Positions 18,082-25,092 of a DNA stretch of 64,000 nt are shown in pieces; within the stretch, counting starts at the first letter, position 1; each line of letters begins with the position of its first letter. The translations under genes were made by a program, and so were the position numbers. The DNA is from a virus, in IMG/VR virus record IMGVR_UViG_3300045988_112440. One strand, written 5' to 3'. The notes under the pieces were generated by a model. It was not told the origin of the DNA, did not search any database, and worked only from the letters and a program-made list of their open reading frames with translations.

Positions 18082-18834
18082 ATGACAAGAAATGAATTGC
18101 TTGGAGCATTATGCTTTCCAGAATATAATTTTCTTCGGGAGAATGAGCATCTTGGCAAGCATATGATGTTCGTAACGGTCGGTGGCAGTCATGCTTATGG
18201 AACAAATGTTGAGGGTTCAGATCTCGACATCCGAGGGGTGGCATTAAATTCAAGAGAAGACCTTCTTGGTCTTGGTGAGTTTGAACATTATGTGGATACT
18301 CAAACTGATACTACAATCTACAGCTTTAATAAGGCTGTGAAGCTAATGTGCAGTGGAAATCCTAATATGCTGGAGCAGCTAGGGAACGCCGATGAACTCG
18401 TTATTAGCTATAATCCAATGACAAAGTTACTTATGGATAATAAAAAGCTGTTCCTGTCGAGGCGTGTAATCTATTCGTTTGGCGGTTTTGCAGGTAAGCT
18501 GATTCAGAAGGCTGATACGCTGGACAAAGATCCAATTTATCATGGCTCAAAGAAAATGCACAAGACGGTAATGAATGTAGTTCGTGTATACCTGATGCTC
18601 TTTGACATCTTAGAAAAAGGTGAAATTAAAACCTATCGAGACAACGATCATAACTTCCTGACGCAGCTTCGCAACGGTGAATATGATTACAAAGAGATTC
18701 GTCAGCAACTGATTCCGGCCTATGAAAGCAGATTGTCAGTGGACAAGAGTGAGACTTACCTGCCGGACAATGTTGATTGGAAGCGGGTCAACGAGCTTGT
18801 GATGACTGTAAATGAGGAGTCTTTAAAGATTTGA
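18082..18834 (+). CDS. Pol-beta-superfamily nucleotidyltransferase, RlaP-like
   Basis: VGGSHAYGTNVEGSDLDIRGV is the GS..(D/E)xD NTase signature in its RlaP-type context. Confidence 0.7.
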   Translation: MTRNELLGALCFPEYNFLRENEHLGKHMMFVTVGGSHAYGTNVEGSDLDIRGVALNSREDLLGLGEFEHYVDTQTDTTIYSFNKAVKLMCSGNPNMLEQLGNADELVISYNPMTKLLMDNKKLFLSRRVIYSFGGFAGKLIQKADTLDKDPIYHGSKKMHKTVMNVVRVYLMLFDILEKGEIKTYRDNDHNFLTQLRNGEYDYKEIRQQLIPAYESRLSVDKSETYLPDNVDWKRVNELVMTVNEESLKI

Positions 18835-18861
18835 TAAAACCAATATTTTAGGAGTGATATT

Positions 18862-19041
18862 ATGAAAACTTTTGATGTTTTAAAAGTTGGACAGACTATT
18901 GTAGCCGAAGACGGGGACACAATGAAAGTTATTGATTATGATTTTTATGGGACAGGGCAGAATATCATGTGCTTTATGTCGGATCGTTGTGTATATCCAT
19001 CAACTGAGTTTAATGCAGGCGATTGGGAGATTGAAAGTTGA
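18862..19041 (+). CDS. hypothetical small protein (59 aa)
   Basis: AGGAGTG RBS. Confidence 0.45.
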   Translation: MKTFDVLKVGQTIVAEDGDTMKVIDYDFYGTGQNIMCFMSDRCVYPSTEFNAGDWEIES

Positions 19042-19068
19042 AAGGAGGTTTTATTTATCACTAATAAG

Positions 19069-19683
19069 TTGTTAACAAATCGTGAGCAAAGCGTTGCTAT
19101 TGTGTGTATAATGTGCCTGCTGGCAGGGAATTTAGTAATAAAAGCGTTACCGAATACTGAAGTTGGAGGCACATATACATATTATAATGATCAATCGGTT
19201 CATAATGTTACACAGGCAACAAAAGAAGATGAGAACGATGAACCTACAATTTTTGTAAAGAAAATCGTTGAAACGAAGGTGGTGAACTTTAGCCAGGGTA
19301 AACATGAACTCACTGATGATGAGCGTGCTCTTGCAGAGCAGATTGTTGCTTGTGAAGCAGGTGCTGACAGTTTGGAAGGCCAGATGGCCGTTGCTCAATG
19401 TCTTTATGATTCCGCTGTACTTGATGATTTAACCATCCAGCAGGTCTTTAAGAAGTATGGTTATAGTTCCTTATATAATAGGAAGGTTACAGCAGAGAAT
19501 GAGCTGGCTGTCTCTATGGTGTTTGATTATGGTGCTAAAATTTCAGACAAACCTATCCAATGGTTTGTAACCCCGACTGCAGCTCCCGGCAGTTGGCACG
19601 AGCGTGGAGCAACCTTTGCTGGACAATTTGGCGCACATAGGTTCTATTATGATTCGAAGTTGGTTGTGGATGATGCTGAGTGA
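19069..19683 (+). CDS. SleB/CwlJ-type cell-wall hydrolase with N-terminal TM anchor
   Basis: LAEQIVACEAGADSLEGQMAVAQCL ... GAHRFYY. The start is uncertain (TTG 19069; the frame is open from 19042). Confidence 0.7.
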   Translation: MLTNREQSVAIVCIMCLLAGNLVIKALPNTEVGGTYTYYNDQSVHNVTQATKEDENDEPTIFVKKIVETKVVNFSQGKHELTDDERALAEQIVACEAGADSLEGQMAVAQCLYDSAVLDDLTIQQVFKKYGYSSLYNRKVTAENELAVSMVFDYGAKISDKPIQWFVTPTAAPGSWHERGATFAGQFGAHRFYYDSKLVVDDAE

Positions 19684-19736
19684 ATGGCGTCATCTAAAAT
19701 TTTGATAAATAATACAACAAAAAGATGTGTAATATA

Positions 19737-19764
19737 TTGACTAAAACAAAAGGCTGTGTATAAT
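19737..19764 (+). promoter_or_regulatory. sigma70-like promoter (TTGACT-16-TATAAT)
   Basis: Lies in the intergenic gap after the hydrolase gene. Confidence 0.5.
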
Positions 19765-19808
19765 ATATCTTGAAAGTTGTTTGTGTGAGCGGAAGGCGGT
19801 TATTCTTG

Positions 19809-20135
19809 ATGAGCGATAGAAAGGTTTTGAAAGTTATACGGGTTGATGATTTTTTAAAGTACATAAGAAAAAAGCGAGTGTGGGTCTGCTTTGTTTGTAA
19901 TGGTGTGGATATTCACATGATCTGCAAAAAGATTGACGACATTGGCGTAGAGACGGGTGGGATTGTTAATGGCGTGGGGTTCTTCGGAAATGAGAGTCAC
20001 ATCGAGTTGCGACAAAAATGCCATGAAGTAAGGAGAATTGAACTTAGGTCTGGCTGTGCAGAGAAAGCGTATGAGATGATCTTCGATAATACTAGTGTGT
20101 TCGTATCAGAGAATCCTGAGTTGTACGGGCACTAA
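19809..20135 (+). CDS. hypothetical protein
   Basis: ATG 19809 has a weak RBS; the track ORF starts at TTG 19770. Confidence 0.45.
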   Translation: MSDRKVLKVIRVDDFLKYIRKKRVWVCFVCNGVDIHMICKKIDDIGVETGGIVNGVGFFGNESHIELRQKCHEVRRIELRSGCAEKAYEMIFDNTSVFVSENPELYGH

Positions 20136-20154
20136 AAATATTTTCAAAAACCTC

Positions 20155-20183
20155 TTGACTTCTGTGATTGTATCCTGTATAAT
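20155..20183 (+). promoter_or_regulatory. consensus sigma70 promoter (TTGACT-17-TATAAT)
   Basis: Exact hexamers. The spacer and -10 region overlap an inverted copy of the 21-nt element. An 8-bp leader hairpin sits at 20182-20206. Confidence 0.7.
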
Positions 20184-20190
20184 GTAGCTA
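20170..20190 (-). promoter_or_regulatory. 21-nt conserved element, inverted copy
   Basis: + strand GTATCCTGTATAATGTAGCTA is the reverse complement of TAGCTACATTATACAGGATAC. Confidence 0.7.
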
Positions 20191-20226
20191 TGGAACGGAG
20201 CTACATCATTGTAGAGGAGAATGACT

Positions 20227-20646
20227 ATGGATAACAATATTGACCCAAAGGTCGGAGAGGTTTGGTTGGTTGATCTATCCAATGCGACAGGTCATCAGCA
20301 GCGCGGCATTCGACCGTTCGTTGTGACAAGTAACAACAAGCGTAACTTCTTCAGCCCAACAATCAAAGGGAATCCGTTATCTTCAAGAATATATAAGCGT
20401 TCTCCGGTTCATGTTCTACTCTCAAAGGAAGACTGCGAGTTCCTAGAGGTTGATAGTATCGTTCTCTGCGAAGAGACTGATACACTTAACAAAGGACAGT
20501 TCATCAAGAAACTTGGTGTCTTGTCGGAGCGTCAGATGAATATGATTGCAATGGCAAGATGCAAAGATGAACCATTTTTGCTCGCAGCATTTCTGAGCGG
20601 TGTACAACATACTATGGAATTTCAGAATTTTGCCGCATTTGCTTGA
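20227..20646 (+). CDS. mazF: MazF/PemK-family endoribonuclease toxin-like protein
   Basis: VGEVWLVDLSNATGHQQRGIRPFVVTSNN...SPVHVLL fits the PemK signature; GAGGAG RBS 7 nt before ATG 20227. Confidence 0.75.
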   Translation: MDNNIDPKVGEVWLVDLSNATGHQQRGIRPFVVTSNNKRNFFSPTIKGNPLSSRIYKRSPVHVLLSKEDCEFLEVDSIVLCEETDTLNKGQFIKKLGVLSERQMNMIAMARCKDEPFLLAAFLSGVQHTMEFQNFAAFA

Positions 20647-20697
20647 TTTGTTCTCAGGTTTAATGGTACACTACATAATAAGAAGGAGTGTGCCACT

Positions 20698-21624
20698 ATG
20701 CTTACTGAAGAAAAAATCAAATCTTTTGCCGAAAAGTATTCTGATAGAAGCGGTGAGTTTGTTATATCGACGCTTAACCATGTTATGGATTACGAGGCCG
20801 AGCGTGGATATGAGTTGTTTGACTTCACAAAAGATGATTTTGTAAGGATGTTTGCTAAATACAATTGGGTGAACTCAAGTCGGTCGTTCAGAAATGTAAA
20901 GTCGATAATTACAGGGTACATCAAAAGTGATGATCGAGCGAGTATGTATGACTTAGCTGAATTCTCGGAGAGCGATGTGAGTTCAGACAATATGTACGAG
21001 GACAAGTATTTTGCATCAGTTGATGAGTTTGTTGATTTCTTGGACAAGTATGAAGAACCATATCAGATTCGTATGAACGTGATTGCCGTACTGTACTGGA
21101 TTGGACTTACTTCTGAAGAGGTTTCTAATCTGACAATCAACAATGTTGATTTTGAATCATGTACTGTTCTGAATAGGACCGGTGTTGACGCAAGACTGAT
21201 GAATATCATTAAGCAGTGTTATGAAATGAAACAATACGATGCTCCAAATATGGGAGGATACAGAACGTTTTATGTCATAAATGGTGATTACATCCTTCGC
21301 AAAACAGAGGATAGAACTGGTGCAGACAGTGATTCAAGAATGTCTACAAACACAATTCATAGTTATTTCACGCGCTTGAATGATATTCTCGAAAGAAGAT
21401 ATCATTCAAAGGCTTTAGACCGAAGACATCTGACTAGAAACGGCGAGTATGTCAAGGTTTATAACTACTGTAAAACTCATCCAGAATTTAATCTTGCAGA
21501 ACTTAGTTTCGGAAATGGTAAAGATCCTCTTGCGGACATTATCGGAAGAAAGTGCAGCAAGGTTGCCTACATTAGTTTCCGGCAAGGATACAAGGGCTGG
21601 ATCGAATACTTCCACAAAAATTAA
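20698..21624 (+). CDS. tyrosine-recombinase-like protein lacking the catalytic Arg (MrpR/YopR-like repressor candidate)
   Basis: SAM-like N-terminal domain. Has YWIGLTSEEVSNLTINNVDF where recombinases have G.R.SE; no clear HxxR..Y. Confidence 0.5.
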   Translation: MLTEEKIKSFAEKYSDRSGEFVISTLNHVMDYEAERGYELFDFTKDDFVRMFAKYNWVNSSRSFRNVKSIITGYIKSDDRASMYDLAEFSESDVSSDNMYEDKYFASVDEFVDFLDKYEEPYQIRMNVIAVLYWIGLTSEEVSNLTINNVDFESCTVLNRTGVDARLMNIIKQCYEMKQYDAPNMGGYRTFYVINGDYILRKTEDRTGADSDSRMSTNTIHSYFTRLNDILERRYHSKALDRRHLTRNGEYVKVYNYCKTHPEFNLAELSFGNGKDPLADIIGRKCSKVAYISFRQGYKGWIEYFHKN

Positions 21625-21627
21625 AAA

Positions 21628-21652
21628 CAGGGGGCTTCGGCCCCTTGATTTT
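21628..21652 (+). terminator. intrinsic terminator
   Basis: 8-bp stem CAGGGGGC-TTCG-GCCCCTTG followed by ATTTT. Confidence 0.75.
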
Positions 21653-21659
21653 AACATTG

Positions 21660-21680
21660 TAACTATATAACACAGGATAC
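21660..21680 (+). promoter_or_regulatory. 21-nt conserved element, forward copy
   Basis: TAACTATATAACACAGGATAC, with 21 nt between it and the Pnkp ATG. Confidence 0.7.
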
Positions 21681-21701
21681 TTATTAGAAAGGGAAATGTA
21701 G

Positions 21702-23915
21702 ATGAGAACGCTTTTGCTGTTCCGTGGAGCACCAGGTTGTGGGAAGTCCACCTATATTAAAGAGCATAATCTTGAACAGTACGTATTGAGTGCTGATACA
21801 CTTCGCCTTATGTGCCAGAGCGCACAGGAAACACCTGCCGGGCAGATGGAGATTTCTCCGCAGAATGATGATGTTGTATGGGAGATGCTTTTCAAACTGC
21901 TTGAGGTGCGTATGAGTCATGGCGAGTTTACCGTGATTGATGCAACGAATTCCAAGACGGTCGAAATGAATCGTTATAAGAATCTGGCAAAACAGTATCG
22001 TTATCGGATGTATGTTATTGACATGACTGACCTTCCGATTGAGGAATGCAAACGAAGAAACGCTCAGAGAGAATGGCTGAAGCGAGTTCCTGAAGCGGCC
22101 ATTGATAAGATGTACGCTCGGTTTGCTACTCAAAAAGTTCCTTCTGGCGTGACAGTTCTTCCTTCTACTACAGATGTGATGTCCGATTTGAATTACTGTC
22201 CGAATGACTTCAACCAGTGGAAGAAGATCCATGTCATCGGTGATGTTCATGGCTGTTATACTTGTTTAAGTGAATACCTTGGCGAGATGAAGGACGACGA
22301 ACTTTATATTTTCGTTGGTGATTATCTCAATCGTGGCATCGAAAACGTTGAGGTATTCAAGTTCTTGTGTGATGTTGTAAATAACAACCGCAAGAATGTG
22401 ATCCTTTTGGAAGGGAATCACGAGCGTTGGCTGAACAAGTGGGGGCATGATGAACCGGTTCAGAGTGAAGAGTTTGCAAACTACACTCGTCCGCAGCTTT
22501 TTAAAGCTGGTATTGATAAGAACACTGCTCGTAAGATCTATTCCAGAGTCGGCCAGTGTGCCTACTTTGAGTATGATGGTAAGCGGTATTTCGTGAGCCA
22601 CGGTGGTTTGAGTTATCTGCCTTATTTTCTTCCTTTCGTATCTGCTGACCAGATGATCAAAGGTGTAGGTCGCTATCCTGATATGCTAACCGTGGCTGAG
22701 TCTTGGGAAAAATCGATGCCTGATAGCTATATTCAGATATTCGGTCATCGAAATGTGCAGGATGTTCCTATTGATATGGGGCATCGGTGCTACAACCTCG
22801 AAGGAAAAATCGAGTTTGGTGGATATCTCCGTTGCGTGGAACTTGAACACGGTCAGCCCGTCAAGTGTGTAGAAACCAAGAATGATGTATTCCGAAAAGA
22901 GGAACCAAAGACCGAATCTGCCGTTGAAATGAAAACTGAGTTCGATAACGCAGAACTTGTTAGTAAGATGCGTCAAAGCAAATATGTGTTTGAGAAGCGA
23001 TTCGGAGATATTTCTTCTTTCAACTTCTCTCGTGAAGCATTTTATAAGAAGCATTGGGATGAGGTTTCTACCAAAGCAAGGGGATTGTTCATTAACACAA
23101 AGACGAATAAGATTGTAGCTCGAAGCTATGATAAGTTCTTTGCGGTTGATGAGCGGAATGAAACGAGAATTGGAAACCTACAGAACACTTTGAAGTTCCC
23201 GGTGACTGCGTATCTAAAAGAGAACGGATTTCTTGGTATCATTTCGTATGATGCAGAACAGGATGGCCTGTTCATTGCAAGTAAATCCACTCCTGAAGGG
23301 CCTTTTGCAGATATGTTCCGAAAGATTCTCATGGATACGACTTCTGATGAAGATCGTAAGAATCTGAAAGAAGTTGCAAAAGAGAATGGCTCCATCATCT
23401 TCGAGGTGATTGATCCTGTGAATGATGCTCATATCATTGAATACAAGAAACCACACATTGTTTTGCTGGATATTATTGCGAATGATATGAACTTCAGTGT
23501 GATGGATTACGATGATCTGAAGCGTGTTGCTGAAAAGTGTCATTTGCAGATTAAGGAGAAGGTTAAGACTTTTGAGAACTGGAGTAAATTTTATCCTTGG
23601 TACGAGGAAGTCATGAACGAGAACTATCTGCATCATGGCTTTGAACACGTTGAAGGCTTTGTTTTGCGAGACAGCAACAATTTTATGTTTAAGATGAAGC
23701 TTCCTTATTATAAGCACTGGAAGTTCTTGCGTGGTGTCATGCAGAGTGTCCAGAAGCGTGGTTATTACGAAAACACTGCCAAGCTATTTACTGCTGAGGA
23801 TAACCTGTTCTATGGTTGGATGCGTGAGCAACGAGAGAAAGACCAGGAGTCTTTTTGCAAGAAGGGTATTATTCAGCTGCGGAATGAGTTCTACGCAAGT
23901 CAGCAGAAGAGCTGA
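21702..23915 (+). CDS. pnkp: trifunctional polynucleotide kinase-phosphatase-ligase (bacterial Pnkp-type RNA repair enzyme)
   Basis: N-terminal P-loop GAPGCGKS; central metallophosphoesterase GDVHGC/GDYLNRG/EGNHE; C-terminal adenylyltransferase with the KENGF lysine motif (near 23216). Confidence 0.85.
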   Translation: MRTLLLFRGAPGCGKSTYIKEHNLEQYVLSADTLRLMCQSAQETPAGQMEISPQNDDVVWEMLFKLLEVRMSHGEFTVIDATNSKTVEMNRYKNLAKQYRYRMYVIDMTDLPIEECKRRNAQREWLKRVPEAAIDKMYARFATQKVPSGVTVLPSTTDVMSDLNYCPNDFNQWKKIHVIGDVHGCYTCLSEYLGEMKDDELYIFVGDYLNRGIENVEVFKFLCDVVNNNRKNVILLEGNHERWLNKWGHDEPVQSEEFANYTRPQLFKAGIDKNTARKIYSRVGQCAYFEYDGKRYFVSHGGLSYLPYFLPFVSADQMIKGVGRYPDMLTVAESWEKSMPDSYIQIFGHRNVQDVPIDMGHRCYNLEGKIEFGGYLRCVELEHGQPVKCVETKNDVFRKEEPKTESAVEMKTEFDNAELVSKMRQSKYVFEKRFGDISSFNFSREAFYKKHWDEVSTKARGLFINTKTNKIVARSYDKFFAVDERNETRIGNLQNTLKFPVTAYLKENGFLGIISYDAEQDGLFIASKSTPEGPFADMFRKILMDTTSDEDRKNLKEVAKENGSIIFEVIDPVNDAHIIEYKKPHIVLLDIIANDMNFSVMDYDDLKRVAEKCHLQIKEKVKTFENWSKFYPWYEEVMNENYLHHGFEHVEGFVLRDSNNFMFKMKLPYYKHWKFLRGVMQSVQKRGYYENTAKLFTAEDNLFYGWMREQREKDQESFCKKGIIQLRNEFYASQQKS

Positions 23916-23922
23916 ATTAAAA

Positions 23923-23952
23923 TAGACATTTTATCGTGATTTTCGTTAGAAT
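23923..23952 (+). promoter_or_regulatory. promoter candidate for the tRNA array (TAGACA-18-TAGAAT)
   Basis: Hexamers seen by eye; overlaps the DR-IR-DR structure at 23932-23972. Confidence 0.35.
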
Positions 23953-24030
23953 AATTAACGAAGTATCGTGATGTTTCTTCCTCCAAAAATGCTCTGCGCG
24001 GGGCTGACAGCCGGGAAAGACCGGCAATAT

Positions 24031-24115
24031 GGGGATATGGTGAAATTGGCAGCCACGCTTGATTCAAACTCAAGTGTCGAAAGACGTATCGGTTCAAATC
24101 CGATTATCCCTACCA
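24031..24115 (+). tRNA. tRNA-Leu(CAA), type II, CCA encoded
   Basis: Acceptor GGGGATA/TATCCCT; anticodon loop TTCAAAC; long variable arm GTCGAAAGAC; T arm ATCGG-TTCAAAT-CCGAT. Confidence 0.9.
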
Positions 24116-24312
24116 TGAAGATCAGTTGTTCTGGCTAGATCGGGGATTGGCCGTTCATTGGCAAACGACAGGTATCATACCGGTAAAGGATGCCGAGCCA
24201 AATAGGAAGGGGAATAAGGTGCAAGCCGAGTAGCTGTCGGACGAATACCCTTCAGGTAGCCAGTAAACCGGAATGTAAAACAAATGTTGGCTGTTTCTGA
24301 TCTTCTATATAA
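24116..24312 (+). ncRNA. structured inter-tRNA spacer, candidate ncRNA (class unknown)
   Basis: Nested helices 24117-24125/24297-24305 (9 bp), 24126-24130/24279-24283, 24131-24137/24257-24263 (7 bp) and 24166-24171/24234-24239 (6 bp). Confidence 0.4.
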
Positions 24313-24395
24313 GCTACCGTGGTGGAATGGCAGACACCGGAGACTTAAAATCTCCTGTCGGAAACGACGTGCCCGTTCAAGTCGGGTCGGTAGCA
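24313..24395 (+). tRNA. tRNA-Leu(TAA), type II
   Basis: Acceptor GCTACCG/CGGTAGC; anticodon loop CTTAAAA; long variable arm; no encoded CCA. Confidence 0.9.
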
Positions 24396-24402
24396 TTGAT
24401 AT

Positions 24403-24478
24403 CCGGGTGTAGCTCAGTTGGAAGAGCGCGTGCTTTGGGAGCATGAGGCCGCAGGATCGTGACCTGTCACTCGGACCA
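24403..24478 (+). tRNA. tRNA-Pro(TGG), CCA encoded, atypical T-loop
   Basis: Acceptor CCGGGTG/CACTCGG; anticodon loop TTTGGGA; T-loop is ATCGTGA instead of TTCRANN. Confidence 0.8.
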
Positions 24479-24507
24479 ACCCGAAAGGGCATGTAGAATT
24501 TTTCATT

Positions 24508-24566
24508 CACATTATTCCCAGCTCTCTGGAAACGGAGCAGTGTGACGTAGTAAGCTGGGCATATGC
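24508..24566 (+). ncRNA. tRNA-leader hairpin module, copy A
   Basis: CACATTATT then CCCAGCT(24517-24523)...AGCTGGG(24553-24559). It ends 7 nt before tRNA-Gln. Confidence 0.45.
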
Positions 24567-24637
24567 TGCGCCATCGCCAAGCGGTAAGGCAGAGGACTTT
24601 GACTCCTCCATCACAGGTTCGACCCCTGTTGGCGCAA
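24567..24637 (+). tRNA. tRNA-Gln(TTG)
   Basis: Acceptor TGCGCCA/TGGCGCA; anticodon loop CTTTGAC; T arm ACAGG-TTCGACC-CCTGT. Confidence 0.85.
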
Positions 24638-24642
24638 TTTAT

Positions 24643-24724
24643 GCGGATATGGTGGAATGGCAGACACGCCAGACTTAGGATCTGGTGCTTCGGCGTGTGG
24701 GTTCGATGCCCACTATCCGCACCA
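24643..24724 (+). tRNA. tRNA-Leu(TAG), type II, CCA encoded
   Basis: Acceptor GCGGATA/TATCCGC; anticodon loop CTTAGGA; long variable arm. Confidence 0.9.
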
Positions 24725-24770
24725 CGATCATAGAATGGTTGCGTACCGTTTGTTGATCTCCTTTGACTGC

Positions 24771-24830
24771 CACTATTATTCCCAGCTCACCAGTGATGGT
24801 GCAGTAGTGCTTTGTAAGCTGGGTGATTAT
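24771..24830 (+). ncRNA. tRNA-leader hairpin module, copy B
   Basis: CACTATTATT then CCCAGCT(24781-24787)...AGCTGGG(24817-24823), with inner hairpin CACCA-GTGA-TGGTG. It ends 7 nt before tRNA-Gly. Confidence 0.45.
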
Positions 24831-24905
24831 GCAGCGGTCGTACAATGGTTAGTATATCAGCCTTCCAAGCTGAGGATGAGGTTTCGACTACCTTTCGCTG
24901 CTCCA
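24831..24905 (+). tRNA. tRNA-Gly(TCC), CCA encoded
   Basis: Acceptor GCAGCGG/TCGCTGC; anticodon loop CTTCCAA; T loop TTCGACT. Confidence 0.85.
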
Positions 24906-24996
24906 ATCTCGTATGGGTAGGATTTTTAGCGGTCAAATCCGGCTGCGCCTGTGCGAGATACCACCCCGAAAGGGGAGAGATATAGGAAATGTGCAT

Positions 24997-25092
24997 CACT
25001 GTTATTCCTTCCTCGTCTATATGATATAGATGCAATAGTGTTTATAAGGAAGGTTCCCAGTTGAATAGTTGCAGCTGTTTGACTGGGAATAT
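24997..25092 (+). ncRNA. tRNA-leader hairpin module, copy C (two stacked hairpins)
   Basis: CACTGTTATTCC, then CCTTCCT(25007-13)/AGGAAGG(25047-53), then TTCCCAGT(25054-61)/ACTGGGAA(25082-89). It ends 3 nt before tRNA-Met. Confidence 0.4.

Noticed and set aside
21702-23915. Complete Pnkp-Hen1 repair operon
   Set aside because: No methyltransferase-like ORF flanks pnkp. A terminator, an element copy and the MrpR-like gene lie upstream, and the tRNA array lies downstream. Only the Pnkp half is present in this window.
24906-24990. HDV-like (theta-type) self-cleaving ribozyme directly after tRNA-Gly, and similarly after the other CCA ends
   Set aside because: A P1-like helix (24906-24911/24954-24959) and a P4-like CCCC-GAAA-GGGG hairpin (24964-24975) are present. 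I could find no P2 complement for the segment after P1, nor a 3-bp P3 with an L3/P1.1 arrangement. The CTGANGA...GAAA hammerhead core is also absent. The region is kept only as a generic structured-RNA candidate.
24175-25035. Protein-coding ORFs across the tRNA region (24175-24510 minus, 24657-24920 plus, 24787-25035 minus, 23900-24097 minus)
   Set aside because: They overlap well-formed tRNA cloverleaves, have no RBS and give implausible translations.
24479-25092. CRISPR-like array or miniature mobile element formed by the repeated CCCAGCT hairpins
   Set aside because: There are only three copies. The repeat and spacer lengths are not constant, each copy is locked to a tRNA 5' end, and there are no terminal inverted repeats or target duplications.
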